Shown: positions 20,963-31,922 of the stretch, one piece after another
Layout: every line of letters begins with the position of its first letter
How positions within the stretch are numbered: the first letter of the stretch is position 1
IMG/VR virus record: IMGVR_UViG_3300028048_000079
Coordinates: 1 to 64,000 of that record
Reading direction: 5' to 3' (one strand)
From: a virus
Taxonomy: Duplodnaviria > Caudoviricetes
Length of the DNA: 64,000 bases
The notes under the pieces: generated by a model
Database searches by the model: none
What the model saw: the letters and a program-made list of their open reading frames with translations, nothing else
What the model was told of the DNA's origin: nothing
Translations under genes and position numbers: made by a program

Positions 20963-21003
20963 TATTAAATATTGTAAGTAACTAATTTTCAGATAGTTAT
21001 ATT

Positions 21004-22908
21004 TTAACGCAACTCGTTGATATCCCAATGGACGAGGCCGTCACATTTAATTGCGCCATAGTAACGGTTGTTCACAAGTTTCTTAGCGTATCTCGTCGCG
21101 ATTCCCTTAATTGGGGCAAAGTTGAATGGATTGTACATTGTTGGTGTCAAAGCCATTGGAATGTACGGTGCATAGATATAACCTGTATCAAGGAGTGATG
21201 TACCGTGGTGTCCCATAATCAGTGACCAATGAGGCGCATATGGGTCAACAATTACCTGATAACGGCCTTGGAGTGAACCAATCTTCTCAATACCCATATT
21301 GTACTGCTCACTTTCTGCACTTGCATCAGTTACGTGGAAGTACTCAAGGTCATTAAGAACTGCTGAAATTTCAGCTGAGATAACGATGAAGTTAGCACCG
21401 CCACGAAGTGTAGACTTCTGAATTTGTGCTGAAATCATGTTAATCTTGGTCATAAGAGTCTGGTTCCAATCTTTCTGTGTGTAAACAGTTGAAGGAGTAC
21501 CAATTCTCTGCCAACCATTGTAGTCCCAACGTGCCTGCCAAGGAGCAGCTTTACGAATATCACGAAGGATTTCACGGTCAATCTCAGCAGCAATCTGCTC
21601 AGAAAGGATTGCGGTCAATTCAGCCTCAGCATCGATATTGTGGAAAGCGGATACGTCCTGCGCAAGTTCAGGTGACCAAGTAGCACGAAGTTTACGTTCC
21701 TCAACAGAAACAGTTACTGAAGTAAGCTGGAATGAAACCTCACCCATTTCAGTTTCGAGTTCGAGAGAGTCATACTCTGCCCAAGCAACTTGGAAGTCAG
21801 CAGCAGGGTCAATCTTAGTGTCAGGATTCAAACCAATGTAACCATTGATAGTAGTACCCTGGTTCTTGCAAGGCTTCGTAAGGTCAAGCTCAATATAGAT
21901 ATGGCCTTGTGGGTCACAAGTAGGAGCATAATCTACGAGACCAGTAGCATACTTCTGAGTTACAACACGGAACTGGATAGACTCACCCTGTTTGAAAGTG
22001 GTATATTTACCATCTTCGCTATCATCGGTAAAGTCCTTAGTAGCAATAACCTTCAAAGAAGCAAGGAATGACTCAGTATCCATTTCATTACCATCAGGGC
22101 CAATCAAGTGACCTGCATTGAACTGGCTGAAACCACCAACCTTCAACATGAGTGAGCTGATAGAGCCATCGAGTGGGCTAACAGGAATGTCAGCTGGGTC
22201 AACGTCCTCATAGTCACCGTTAGGAAGGATAGTTACGACAGAAGCATTACCAACCTTGATAGTAACCTTACCCTTTGAGTTATCGAAGAGGAAGTCATTA
22301 TAGAAGAGGTCGTAGAGGGTCTTCTTCATGTACTTCGTTACTTCAGGCTCAGTGGTATCAGCATCGGTCTGAGTTGGCTGTACAACCTCATCGGGGAGAT
22401 AGTAACGGTTTCTTGTGTTCCAAGTTCTCTCATCGTTTGCATTGAAATCAACGGGGTTTCCGTTCTCATCATAAAGACGGTTCTTCTGAGTTCTCTTGTA
22501 GCCCATAAGACCTACATGACGGCCAGTATCACCATCAGTAATCTGGGTATCAGATGCAAAGTTCCAATCACGCTCTGAGGTTACAGGCTTGATGAAGAAC
22601 AACTTACCGATAGGAAGGTTCATTGCCTGAACTGAAACAATATCGTTGGCAAGCAGTTTGCTAAACACACGTCTAATCAATGGGAATACAACAGTCTCGA
22701 AAGAGCCTGAGTTATCTGATGCAGTGGCCTCATAAATGAGGTGCTTTGCCTGGTTCTCATAAAGAGTAGAAACGGTTTCCATGATATGGCCTTCGAGACC
22801 GTTTACAAGTCCGAGCTTCTGCCATCTTTCTTGGATGTCTTCTCTAATTTTCTTTTGGGCGTTAAGTTCGATAGAACCAACTGCGCCGCTTGTAAGTAAT
22901 TCACGCAT
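21004..22908 (-). CDS. Major capsid protein (T4 gp23-like)
   Basis: DIVSVQAMNLP, RKLRATWSPELAQD..AFHNIDAEAELTAILSEQIAAEIDREI, YAPYIP, F.P.KGIATRY. Confidence 0.97.
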   Translation of the reverse strand: MRELLTSGAVGSIELNAQKKIREDIQERWQKLGLVNGLEGHIMETVSTLYENQAKHLIYEATASDNSGSFETVVFPLIRRVFSKLLANDIVSVQAMNLPIGKLFFIKPVTSERDWNFASDTQITDGDTGRHVGLMGYKRTQKNRLYDENGNPVDFNANDERTWNTRNRYYLPDEVVQPTQTDADTTEPEVTKYMKKTLYDLFYNDFLFDNSKGKVTIKVGNASVVTILPNGDYEDVDPADIPVSPLDGSISSLMLKVGGFSQFNAGHLIGPDGNEMDTESFLASLKVIATKDFTDDSEDGKYTTFKQGESIQFRVVTQKYATGLVDYAPTCDPQGHIYIELDLTKPCKNQGTTINGYIGLNPDTKIDPAADFQVAWAEYDSLELETEMGEVSFQLTSVTVSVEERKLRATWSPELAQDVSAFHNIDAEAELTAILSEQIAAEIDREILRDIRKAAPWQARWDYNGWQRIGTPSTVYTQKDWNQTLMTKINMISAQIQKSTLRGGANFIVISAEISAVLNDLEYFHVTDASAESEQYNMGIEKIGSLQGRYQVIVDPYAPHWSLIMGHHGTSLLDTGYIYAPYIPMALTPTMYNPFNFAPIKGIATRYAKKLVNNRYYGAIKCDGLVHWDINELR

Positions 22909-22942
22909 ATGTTTTTATACTATTTTCTTATTTATTTTAATT

Positions 22943-22949
22943 ATAAATA
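22943..22949 (-). promoter_or_regulatory. Representative late-promoter candidate TATTTAT (coding strand) before the major capsid gene
   Basis: Same motif within about 40 nt upstream of about 20 virion-type genes (see findings). Confidence 0.65.
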
Positions 22950-22976
22950 TCAGTTAAGTGTCAAAACTTCAACATT

Positions 22977-24443
22977 TTACATTTTGTTAAGTCTTTCCAT
23001 CAGGCTGATAGTAGCTGAAAGGTCTGCTGACTGGTACATTGTTGTTTCAACCAACTTTGTTTTCTTTGACTCGGCCAATTGTCCATCAAGCTTATTTTCG
23101 CTTGTGTTATTAACCTTATTAGTCTTTTTCAGTTCGTTCTCTATTGTATTATAGAGTGCTTTACTTTCATTGATGGTCTTAACATTATTAAAACGTTTAA
23201 CAATATCCTTTTTCTCTTCGGGAGTAGTTGTATGTTCTGTTATCAACTTGATTATGCTTCCGAGGCTGGAATTTACGATGATTGCCTCTTCAAGTTTAGA
23301 TTTAATGCCTTCAGCAATTTTTCTAAGTTCTGCATTCTCCTTGAAGATTGCGTTGGCTTGTCTCTTGATTCGGTCAATGCTTTCGTTAGTTGCTGGCTGA
23401 TAACCCTCGCCTGTGCCTCTTGTTTCTACGCCGCCTACATGTCCGTTTCTTGCGAACTTCTGATGGCTGTTGGTATTGGCATGTGTCATACCTGTACCTC
23501 TTGCATTGGCACTGTTCTCAGTAGAAGTCATTGTTTCATTAACTTCTTGCTCAGAGCATTCACATGGGTTTTTACCGCACTTTCCGCATGTTTCACCTTC
23601 ATTCACCTTTTTCTCAAATGGTTTGTCTTTGCCTTTCGGACCCGCCCAAGGCTTTTCAGTACCTGTTGGTACGCCGGCATCCATAGAGTAAGTGTCTTTG
23701 CTATTTGCAGTTTCCTTGTTACTGTCAACTGTCATAGCCGTCTGTTTCTGATAGTTATCGGTATAACCAAGGTTCACTTCACCTTCATTGACTTTCTTAC
23801 CATTTGGCACATTGCACTCGTCGGTAGTTTCATCACCATCAAGTTCAATAGTGTATTCATCCTCAACAGTGTCGTCATCTTTTGCTTCACTGCTTCCGGT
23901 AGAACCATCAATGTCAATTACATATTCCTTTTCGGTCTCGTCATCTTGCAATGTAACAGTTCCATTATCGTTTTTAAGAACTCTTACGCCGTCTTCCGGA
24001 CCCATTACTTTAAGAACCTTGATAACATCGTCCTTATCCATACTTGTCAGGTCATATTCACCGTCATCACCTTTGAACTGTTCAAGACCACCCCATACAT
24101 CTTCACCTGTAGCATCATCTTCGCCACCTTCAGTGCCTGCTGCATCAACCTCAGCATCAACTTCGGCATCACCTTCAGCAGGTGTTGCATCATCAGTTTC
24201 AGCGGTGTCTGCATCAACAGGATTTTCGGTATCACTTGTAACAGTGTCATCAGTTTCAGTGTCAACCTCTTCCACTTCGTAATCATCGTTGGCTTCAGAA
24301 ATCAACTGACGCAATTGCTTGTTGATACTTTCCTCAACAACATTTTGCAATGTGTTTTTGGTAGTCTCTTCAAACTTCTGTGTCAATCTCTCTTTATCCT
24401 CTACGAGATTCTTGATATATTCACTTCTGATATTGTTTTCCAT
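22977..24443 (-). CDS. Prohead core/scaffold protein
   Basis: Acidic low-complexity middle, coiled-coil ends, many (I/V)xE sites, located between protease and MCP; start likely 24443. Confidence 0.75.
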   Translation of the reverse strand: MENNIRSEYIKNLVEDKERLTQKFEETTKNTLQNVVEESINKQLRQLISEANDDYEVEEVDTETDDTVTSDTENPVDADTAETDDATPAEGDAEVDAEVDAAGTEGGEDDATGEDVWGGLEQFKGDDGEYDLTSMDKDDVIKVLKVMGPEDGVRVLKNDNGTVTLQDDETEKEYVIDIDGSTGSSEAKDDDTVEDEYTIELDGDETTDECNVPNGKKVNEGEVNLGYTDNYQKQTAMTVDSNKETANSKDTYSMDAGVPTGTEKPWAGPKGKDKPFEKKVNEGETCGKCGKNPCECSEQEVNETMTSTENSANARGTGMTHANTNSHQKFARNGHVGGVETRGTGEGYQPATNESIDRIKRQANAIFKENAELRKIAEGIKSKLEEAIIVNSSLGSIIKLITEHTTTPEEKKDIVKRFNNVKTINESKALYNTIENELKKTNKVNNTSENKLDGQLAESKKTKLVETTMYQSADLSATISLMERLNKM

Positions 24444-24570
24444 TAGGAATAAAATTTTATTCAATTATTTTAATTATAAATATATTGTTATGTTTAAAAA
24501 CTACAAAAAATAGGCTATTTTCATAGCCTATATAAATATTTTATCAAAAAGTTTTATTATTTTTTATTAA

Positions 24571-25293
24571 TTAATTACACAAAATTTTATTAATTTTATC
24601 AATTTTTTCAGATAACATTTCGTTTTTTTGATTTATAGTATTACTTTCAATAAAAGGCTCTAACTCTTTGGCATTCATTTTGATATAAGCCGAATTGGTG
24701 CTTGGTTCCATAACAATGTCCCAACACAGCAATTCATAATCATCTGATACTAATGTTGTTCCAAATTTTTGCTCAACGCTTCCTACGCCTCTTGATGAAA
24801 CGCCGATAAGAATACCGTCTAAAATCATATTAGCGGCTAAGTCTCCACTTGTAGAGCAAATACCGTATTGTTTATAGCCTGGTGAAAGATGAAGTTTCAT
24901 TTCTCCGACCAAAGTATGTCCTTCCCATCTCAAATCCAATATGTTATGTGATACATCATGGCCTGATAATGTTGACGAAGATGGATGGTCTAACGCACCA
25001 ATTGCATTATGCATTGCCACTCTTGTATTCATATATTTCTCAACTTCTCTTTTCAATATTGCTTCCGGATAAATTCTTCCGTTTGCATTTTTAATTCCGT
25101 ATTTTTGGAAAACTGCTGAAACAATAAAATCATCAGGTATGACAAACTTATGGTGATTATCAATATCTTCCTTAATTTGATTAATCACATCTGGTTTGCC
25201 AATAATATGGCCATCATTTTCGATAAGAAGGCCATAACCTGTTTGCCCTTTCTTAATCTCTACAAGTTGCTCCTTATTATATATTTTGCTCAT
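24571..25293 (-). CDS. Prohead core protease (T4 gp21-like)
   Basis: NANGRIYP..IL.REV, GALDHP, VSH, GVSSRGVGS, D.V.EPS. Confidence 0.95.
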   Translation of the reverse strand: MSKIYNKEQLVEIKKGQTGYGLLIENDGHIIGKPDVINQIKEDIDNHHKFVIPDDFIVSAVFQKYGIKNANGRIYPEAILKREVEKYMNTRVAMHNAIGALDHPSSSTLSGHDVSHNILDLRWEGHTLVGEMKLHLSPGYKQYGICSTSGDLAANMILDGILIGVSSRGVGSVEQKFGTTLVSDDYELLCWDIVMEPSTNSAYIKMNAKELEPFIESNTINQKNEMLSEKIDKINKILCN

Positions 25294-25348
25294 TTGTGAA
25301 TAGTCTATTCAATATATTATAAATATATTCTTGGACTTAAATAATTAA

Positions 25349-25792
25349 TCAACCAATGATTTCTATTTCACAATTTGTCAAAAGTTCAGTTAAATTCAGG
25401 TTAAAATTATATACTAATCTCAGTATATCATTATTGTATTCCTTTAATTTCTTTTGAAATTTCGGTTTAATATATACGTCATATTTCACATGGCTTTTTT
25501 TACCAAATGCAATACCGTTTTCACTCATTTCTATTGAGCATATATGTTTATTTTCAAAGTCATATGAATTAATCAATGTTTGTTTAACATTTTTTTCAAA
25601 TTCCCTTTTTAAGAAAATTATGTCCTCTGAAAAATCCTTTTTATTAACTGATGGTGTAATGGTTGCTTTTGAACGTATATGTAATATTTCTGGATTATTT
25701 TTATCCAATGCGCCATACTTTGACTGTATGTTAAAATGATTATCAAATGATAATTTATACTCCTTTGCTGTTCTTTTATTCTCTGTATTCAT
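25349..25792 (-). CDS. Hypothetical protein
   Basis: 147 aa; host-type promoter at 25815-25846. Confidence 0.7.
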   Translation of the reverse strand: MNTENKRTAKEYKLSFDNHFNIQSKYGALDKNNPEILHIRSKATITPSVNKKDFSEDIIFLKREFEKNVKQTLINSYDFENKHICSIEMSENGIAFGKKSHVKYDVYIKPKFQKKLKEYNNDILRLVYNFNLNLTELLTNCEIEIIG

Positions 25793-25814
25793 ATATTAAC
25801 CAAATAATACGTTG

Positions 25815-25846
25815 CAAAGATACTATTTTTTTTACAAATTAACAAA
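25815..25846 (-). promoter_or_regulatory. Bacteroidota sigma-A-type promoter
   Basis: Minus strand TTTG-N20-TATCTTTG. Confidence 0.7.
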
Positions 25847-25924
25847 TTTTAACACAAGTTTTTTTTTATAAAAAAAAAATCAGTCAATCTAATTGACTGA
25901 TTAAATAATATATATCCATTGTTT

Positions 25925-26314
25925 TTAGAATGCATTAGCATTAAATGAACGATTTTTATAACCGAAGCCTTTAAGTTTAGTCACATCAACATTAGTTGGA
26001 CGAACATTACTGAGTGCGTTAAGGAAATTAACCCTTCCATTTCTTGTACCTAACTCTCTAAGCATACTAATCATTTCATTTGGTAACTGATAAAAATTGC
26101 CCCCATATGATACAAATACTGGTTTTCCATTATCAGACGTATAGACATCAAAAAGTCCATCATTACTTTCATTTATCACTCTTTTAATTGTTTCGCTAAT
26201 GATAGTGTCCACCTTTTTATTCTTTTCTTCTTTTTGTTTACGCTCATTAATGCATTCCTTAATGCATTTTCTAATCATCCCCTGTAGTTGTGATTCGGTT
26301 AATGTATATTTCAT
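25925..26314 (-). CDS. Candidate internal head protein
   Basis: N-terminal leader LTESQL..MIRKCIKECINE...IISETIKRVINES. Confidence 0.65.
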   Translation of the reverse strand: MKYTLTESQLQGMIRKCIKECINERKQKEEKNKKVDTIISETIKRVINESNDGLFDVYTSDNGKPVFVSYGGNFYQLPNEMISMLRELGTRNGRVNFLNALSNVRPTNVDVTKLKGFGYKNRSFNANAF

Positions 26315-26335
26315 TTGTTGTATGTTGTTTAATGT

Positions 26336-27745
26336 TTATTTTTGTAATTCCCAATCTATATCCGGATGTTCTTCAAAATATTTACGTGCATCCTCAACTG
26401 ATTGCTTAATCTCAGACGGAAGTTGGTCGAAATATTCTGGATGCGTTGCAGCAAAAGTTACAATCATTTTCAGATTATTAATAGGTAACATTCCACCGTT
26501 ATCATCTACTGCATACCCTTCAAATGAATCTGATGGTGTATATCCTTCATTTACTCCATGTTCTTCACTTTCGTTCCACCAGCCTCTATATTTGTCAGCC
26601 ATCATATTGCTAACTACCATATAGCCAACATCTTCCGGATTATATCTCTTGGATAAATCCATTACATCCTTAACTATCTTGGCAGCATCGACGCTATCAG
26701 ACGTATTATAGGATATTTCACCGATTATCCAATCTCTATTTCTTGATGGTTCACCTCTGTAACTTTTAGCAAGTTCTGTTGCCAATGTCTGTACTAATGC
26801 ATTTGACATTGTTTCTTCCGTGATTAAGGTGTTTTTTATTTCCCTAAATTCAGCAGCATCAGCAATAAACTTATCTTCATTAAATGCTTTCTTGGTTACG
26901 TTTTCGATTATCCTCTGAAGGTTTTCCCTATTTTCGCCTTCACATTCTTCAAGTTGTGAATTAAGTGCTTTCAATGCATCAAGTTTAGCCATATCAAAAT
27001 ATGCCTCTTTGTTTTCAACTCTTGAAAGTTTCTCTACAAGCATTTTCTCATTATTATTGAGTTTTGTATTGAATGCTTCTTGTATTTCCTTTACACCGTT
27101 GTTAAAAACCTCATCGATATTTTTCTTATCTGTATCAACATAGATGCAATTTTTTTCTATATGTTCCTTGATACATTTCTTTGCTTCAATATATTCGTTC
27201 ACATTTGAAAGTTTTTCTCCATTCAGAAGGATGTATTCAACTGCTTCAAACAATTTTGCATCTTCATCACTTATTTCCACCATTTCATTTATGCCTTCCT
27301 TACGGATAAGGTCAATAAGTTTCTGGTTGGCTTCAACAATCTTCTTTTTATCCATTGGGCGTATAAGAGAAACGACCTCATTGACATATGCATCGGCATT
27401 TTTTACAGACTCTGCATAAACCAATGTCTTATATACACCGAATTCCTTATTAAGGGTCTTATCTTCCTTAATAAGTTTCACTACTTTATTAATCTTGTGT
27501 CTATCAGCCTTATTATTGAAAAGTTTGGCCGTATTACTTTCAAATACCTTATAGATAGTACCGAAATTACGGTTTTCTCCATAAAGCATAGCAGTTGCAT
27601 CTACTTGTGCTTCAGCCTTGTCATACATTTCATTGGCCATTTGGCGGTCTCTGTTGCCACCTTCTATATCACCGGATTCATATTTTTTCAAGGCACTTGC
27701 CATAAGTATTCCTGCCTTGCGGTATGTATCATTAAATTCTGCCAT
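26336..27745 (-). CDS. Head-module protein with appended C-terminal domains
   Basis: 469 aa downstream of portal; LITEE and VNEG linkers. Confidence 0.65.
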   Translation of the reverse strand: MAEFNDTYRKAGILMASALKKYESGDIEGGNRDRQMANEMYDKAEAQVDATAMLYGENRNFGTIYKVFESNTAKLFNNKADRHKINKVVKLIKEDKTLNKEFGVYKTLVYAESVKNADAYVNEVVSLIRPMDKKKIVEANQKLIDLIRKEGINEMVEISDEDAKLFEAVEYILLNGEKLSNVNEYIEAKKCIKEHIEKNCIYVDTDKKNIDEVFNNGVKEIQEAFNTKLNNNEKMLVEKLSRVENKEAYFDMAKLDALKALNSQLEECEGENRENLQRIIENVTKKAFNEDKFIADAAEFREIKNTLITEETMSNALVQTLATELAKSYRGEPSRNRDWIIGEISYNTSDSVDAAKIVKDVMDLSKRYNPEDVGYMVVSNMMADKYRGWWNESEEHGVNEGYTPSDSFEGYAVDDNGGMLPINNLKMIVTFAATHPEYFDQLPSEIKQSVEDARKYFEEHPDIDWELQK

Positions 27746-27777
27746 TGTATTCTCTTTTATTAAATAAATAGGTGTCT

Positions 27778-29835
27778 TTATTTGTTTAATTTTTCCAATT
27801 GCTTAACCATATTGTCCAAATCTTCATTAATAAGGAAATTCTTTTGGTAAATTGGAACATTTTCGTTTATACGTGACTTATTCTGATAGTATTCTTTTCT
27901 CTTTTTTGCAAGTTTATTGGTATAGTTCTTGCTTTTTCTAATAATATCCTTCTGTATTTCCTTCTGTTCATTAATTGTGTTTTTCAAAAGGTTTCTCATA
28001 AAGGTTTCACCCATTGTGGAACTTTCACCTTCACTGCCAGAGGCTTCTTCAGAACCTCCTGCTTCTTCTCCACCAATCTCATTGGCAGCAGCATTCATAT
28101 CCATCTCACCTTCTGAACCGGTTTCTTCACCTTCTTCATCACCGAAATCAAAGTCTTCACTTTCGACAGCACTTCCTCCGAAACCACCGCCGCCACCTCC
28201 GGGCATTCCACCTTCTTCACCTTCCTCTCCCGGAGCTGCTTCTGAATACTCAGCACCGGCTTCGCCATAAATGTTATCAACCTTGTCAAATATCTTAGTC
28301 CTCTTGATAATTTGTGAAGTCTTCTCCAATTCAGCAGCCAATGCCTTTTCAAGCCTGATTTCTTGTAGGTTTTCTTCAATTTCTTTGTCTGACCAACCCA
28401 TGATTTCCTTACAAGCCCTTGTCCAAGACATAAGCTGAATACCATTACCTGCATCAGAAATAGCATCTTTAGCAGTTGTAACTTTCTTAGCCATATTCTC
28501 TAATTCAAGCATTTCGGCCTGAGAAGATGGATTATTCATTGTAAGATTGAAATTGGTCAGTTCATCCTCAAACCCTAACAAATAAAGATGAATAATACAT
28601 ATCTTGTTCAATTCCATTAACAATGCCTGCTGTATTCTGTTTACAGTTCTCATAAACCTTACATCAAGCAAAGAAAGGTTTTTACCATCACCGGTTGTTT
28701 CTTCAAAATTCAAATATGATTTTGGTATTCTTAATGCTGTACAAACCTTATTCTGTACGAATTTAATGTCATCCATTGCTGTCATATTCTGAGCACCCTG
28801 AAGTGTCTCAATCGGGCTGCTTTCATTGGAATCACGTACAGGCACAAAGAAGTCTTCAGATACATTCAAGATATTTTTCTTTAAATCCAATTGGCCGGTC
28901 ATTGGGTCAATAATTGGTGTTCTCTTGAAATTATTTGCAATATCTTCCACAAATGCAGGGACATCTTCATCACTTATTGTACCAACATTAACCTTGAATA
29001 CACGTCTTTCGATAGAACGTTCAAGACGATATATAAGCATCATATCTTCCATCATTGATAACATTCTCCAATGCCTTCTTGCCTTATTAAGATATGATAC
29101 ACCATATGGCAATAGTAATGAATCATAAAGCAATCTGAAATGTGCAATCTGCCAATTTCGATATGGTATAAATTCATTTTGCCCTACCCATACAAATTTA
29201 GTTGCATCAGTTTGGTTTAAATCAATGTTATTCAAACTCTGATAAGCACCTACATATGGGTTTTCCATACCATTTTCATAACGTTCAACTTCATAAACAG
29301 GCAATTGCCTCCAATTTACAACACCATTTTCCTCATTAATGTCAAGTAACATGAATGTATTACCATACTTACACATACTACGGCATATCATAGGTAACAT
29401 GATGTTAATTTGAAGTCTATTTACAAGCAAATCCTGTAATATGGATTTTACACGTTCTGATTTTGAAGTGACATTTACCAAAAAACCATTCTTCGGAATA
29501 TAGTTTGTTTCCTCTGACAGTATATCAAGTGCAGCACCAATCTCAGGGAAACAGTCCATTAAGTCTGCATCCCTATACATCATCTTAACCTCATTCAATC
29601 CGGCAAGTGACTTGTTGGTTAATTCGTAATTAGCCTTTTTCCATTGCCTTGCAAGAAGATGCTGTTGTTTTAATTGTTTAAGCTTACTGTCATATTCTTC
29701 TTTATTATTTGTTCTGAAAAGAATATCAGAACCGTCAATTCCATATGAATTTACTTTCTTGACAGCCGTCTGTATATCGCTACTGTTTGACAATATATTT
29801 GTCAACTTTTGAAATATCGTTGGTTTTGTTGGCAT
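27778..29835 (-). CDS. Portal protein (T4 gp20-like)
   Basis: PEI..ALDI, SYL.KARR.W..L.MMEDMMLIYRL.R..ERRVFKVNVG, EDFF.P.R, IETL.G. Confidence 0.95.
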   Translation of the reverse strand: MPTKPTIFQKLTNILSNSSDIQTAVKKVNSYGIDGSDILFRTNNKEEYDSKLKQLKQQHLLARQWKKANYELTNKSLAGLNEVKMMYRDADLMDCFPEIGAALDILSEETNYIPKNGFLVNVTSKSERVKSILQDLLVNRLQINIMLPMICRSMCKYGNTFMLLDINEENGVVNWRQLPVYEVERYENGMENPYVGAYQSLNNIDLNQTDATKFVWVGQNEFIPYRNWQIAHFRLLYDSLLLPYGVSYLNKARRHWRMLSMMEDMMLIYRLERSIERRVFKVNVGTISDEDVPAFVEDIANNFKRTPIIDPMTGQLDLKKNILNVSEDFFVPVRDSNESSPIETLQGAQNMTAMDDIKFVQNKVCTALRIPKSYLNFEETTGDGKNLSLLDVRFMRTVNRIQQALLMELNKICIIHLYLLGFEDELTNFNLTMNNPSSQAEMLELENMAKKVTTAKDAISDAGNGIQLMSWTRACKEIMGWSDKEIEENLQEIRLEKALAAELEKTSQIIKRTKIFDKVDNIYGEAGAEYSEAAPGEEGEEGGMPGGGGGGFGGSAVESEDFDFGDEEGEETGSEGEMDMNAAANEIGGEEAGGSEEASGSEGESSTMGETFMRNLLKNTINEQKEIQKDIIRKSKNYTNKLAKKRKEYYQNKSRINENVPIYQKNFLINEDLDNMVKQLEKLNK

Positions 29836-29926
29836 TGTTTACAATCCTATTTAATATAAATATAGACAAGAAAGTATTGTTTTTCAAGGCACTACAAAAT
29901 AACAAAGCAGACAAATTATGTCTGCT

Positions 29927-31804
29927 CTATTTCTTTTTCCGAAACCCACCAAGTAATAACATTGCCTCAAATCTTGCTTTTTCTTTCTTCTCCATTTGTA
30001 CACTGCTGTAAAATGGCATTTTCTTAGGCGATGACATTACAACTTTATCTTCAAGTTTACTACTTCTGTAATCTGAATTGTTACCGTTATTGACATACCA
30101 TGATTTAACAATCTGTGTGTCCTTTTGTTTAACCTTTTCATTACGTAACATATAGAATACAGCAATGAACAACCCCATAGCAAGACATGTAAGTGAATCA
30201 TCATGGCTTCCATCTTGGTGGTCCGGTCTTCCGTTCTTAAATACCCAAGTCTCCAATTCGCTAATAACACGTGTACTTCTAACCCTGAATGAATTGTTTT
30301 TAAGCATTTCAACGAAGTTCGAAATCATCTGAATACGTAAACCATTACTTCTGAAACCAGGCAATGCTTCGCCAGCCTTTTTATTGAACTTTGAAGCGGC
30401 TACTTTCAATGTATAGTTCTTCAATGCATTTTCATCATAATACAAGTTAGGATACCCAAGATTCATTAATGTTAGAATAACAGCATCACCATATCCACCG
30501 ATGGCTTCAACAACTACTAATGCATCATTATAGATTCGTCCATACCTATCCACCAAACCGGCAATTTCCTCACCGTTTATTTTTCCATTATATTCAAGTA
30601 CTTGGTCAAAGAATGGTGCTCCGTTTTCATCGATAGCATCCACATCAATCACTTCAATTGCAGTTCTATCTTCACCACTACCGGATGAAGGGTCTACTGA
30701 TACGATGTAACGGTGTCCCGGAATTGGGTCTTGCCATATCCATGTTTCTGCGATAAGTTGGTCTTTTAACGGCCAATCCGGGGTTATTTGGATAACATTT
30801 TCATTCTGATGCATTTCAATGACTTCCGGTGGTACAACGTTATCCGAAGAACCGAGGAACGAAACAAGCAACTCTTGTGCAATCATCTGTTCATCATTAT
30901 TGAATGATTTACACATATCCTCGAACCAAGGTGAAGTTGGTGTCCATCCATTCTTTTCAAGATTCTTCCACCTCTCTTCATTATATTCAATATTACCTTT
31001 CTTATCTATTACAGGGTCTTCATCCCATAGAATCTCTCCGGTTTTTTCATCTTTCTTATACCATTTAAGATATCGGTTATAACGTGGGTCTTGATAGAAC
31101 TTAAATTCAACAATTCTGAAATTATTCTCGCCCCTTAATGCTTGCGAATAGGTTTTATAATATAGTGGGTCTTTACCGTTAGGAGTTGAAATCATCAGGC
31201 ATTTTGGGTTTTCGACAGCAGACTGAGATGCTCTGGCACTCGTATATGCAGCAACAGAATCAGCCAAGAACGCAGCCTCGTCAAGACAAAGTATGGTAGT
31301 ACTACTGACACCACGTGCAGAGTGAGGACCGGATGCACGTGCGTAAATTTTACAGCCGTTAAAAAGCTCAATGTAGTTTTTATTACGTTTTACGTAAATT
31401 GACTTAAGATTTTTGGGATTATCCGGGTCAGGTGAATAATAATCCCCACCCCACATCCATCTTGGAACCTGGTCGAGAAAATTAACAATTTTATTTGTCA
31501 ATTCAATTGCTTGGTCAAGTTTGTTTGCTATACACAGTATGGTTTCCGGTGACTTCTTATCGGCAAATGCACATTGCCCACAGATGTATGCAGCAGAAAC
31601 AGTAGAAATACCTGACTGACGGCATTTTACGGTTACAACTTCATTATCCTCTGCACACGCCCTTAAATATTCCTTTTGTCTTGGGAATAATAAGAACGGA
31701 ACTTCACTACGTTCCATAGCATTGAATGTGTAAAGATAATTTTCGATAAAGTAAATCCTCGATTTATCTTGATAGCATTTTATATATTCACTTTGTTTAC
31801 TCAT
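29927..31804 (-). CDS. Terminase large subunit (gp17-like)
   Basis: Q-motif FPRQ, Walker A KCRQSGIST, Walker B LCLDEAAF, ISTPNG, nuclease VDPSSG..D and HDD. Confidence 0.95.
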   Translation of the reverse strand: MSKQSEYIKCYQDKSRIYFIENYLYTFNAMERSEVPFLLFPRQKEYLRACAEDNEVVTVKCRQSGISTVSAAYICGQCAFADKKSPETILCIANKLDQAIELTNKIVNFLDQVPRWMWGGDYYSPDPDNPKNLKSIYVKRNKNYIELFNGCKIYARASGPHSARGVSSTTILCLDEAAFLADSVAAYTSARASQSAVENPKCLMISTPNGKDPLYYKTYSQALRGENNFRIVEFKFYQDPRYNRYLKWYKKDEKTGEILWDEDPVIDKKGNIEYNEERWKNLEKNGWTPTSPWFEDMCKSFNNDEQMIAQELLVSFLGSSDNVVPPEVIEMHQNENVIQITPDWPLKDQLIAETWIWQDPIPGHRYIVSVDPSSGSGEDRTAIEVIDVDAIDENGAPFFDQVLEYNGKINGEEIAGLVDRYGRIYNDALVVVEAIGGYGDAVILTLMNLGYPNLYYDENALKNYTLKVAASKFNKKAGEALPGFRSNGLRIQMISNFVEMLKNNSFRVRSTRVISELETWVFKNGRPDHQDGSHDDSLTCLAMGLFIAVFYMLRNEKVKQKDTQIVKSWYVNNGNNSDYRSSKLEDKVVMSSPKKMPFYSSVQMEKKEKARFEAMLLLGGFRKKK

Positions 31805-31922
31805 ATATAAAAAAAAATAAGCACTATTATTTAAATTTATATAAATAGCACTTATTTTTTAAATAATAAAAATTACTTTTTTGGTTTTTGATTTACAGGT
31901 GGCCTCATACGAGTTAACCAAG

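Noticed and set aside
23079-24446. 455-aa plus-strand ORF
   Set aside because: Antisense shadow of the scaffold gene, with hydrophobic nonsense composition typical of reverse frames
21004-31804. Introns or inteins in MCP, portal or terminase
   Set aside because: ORFs are continuous with no intein splice-junction motifs; extra MCP length looks like an inserted domain
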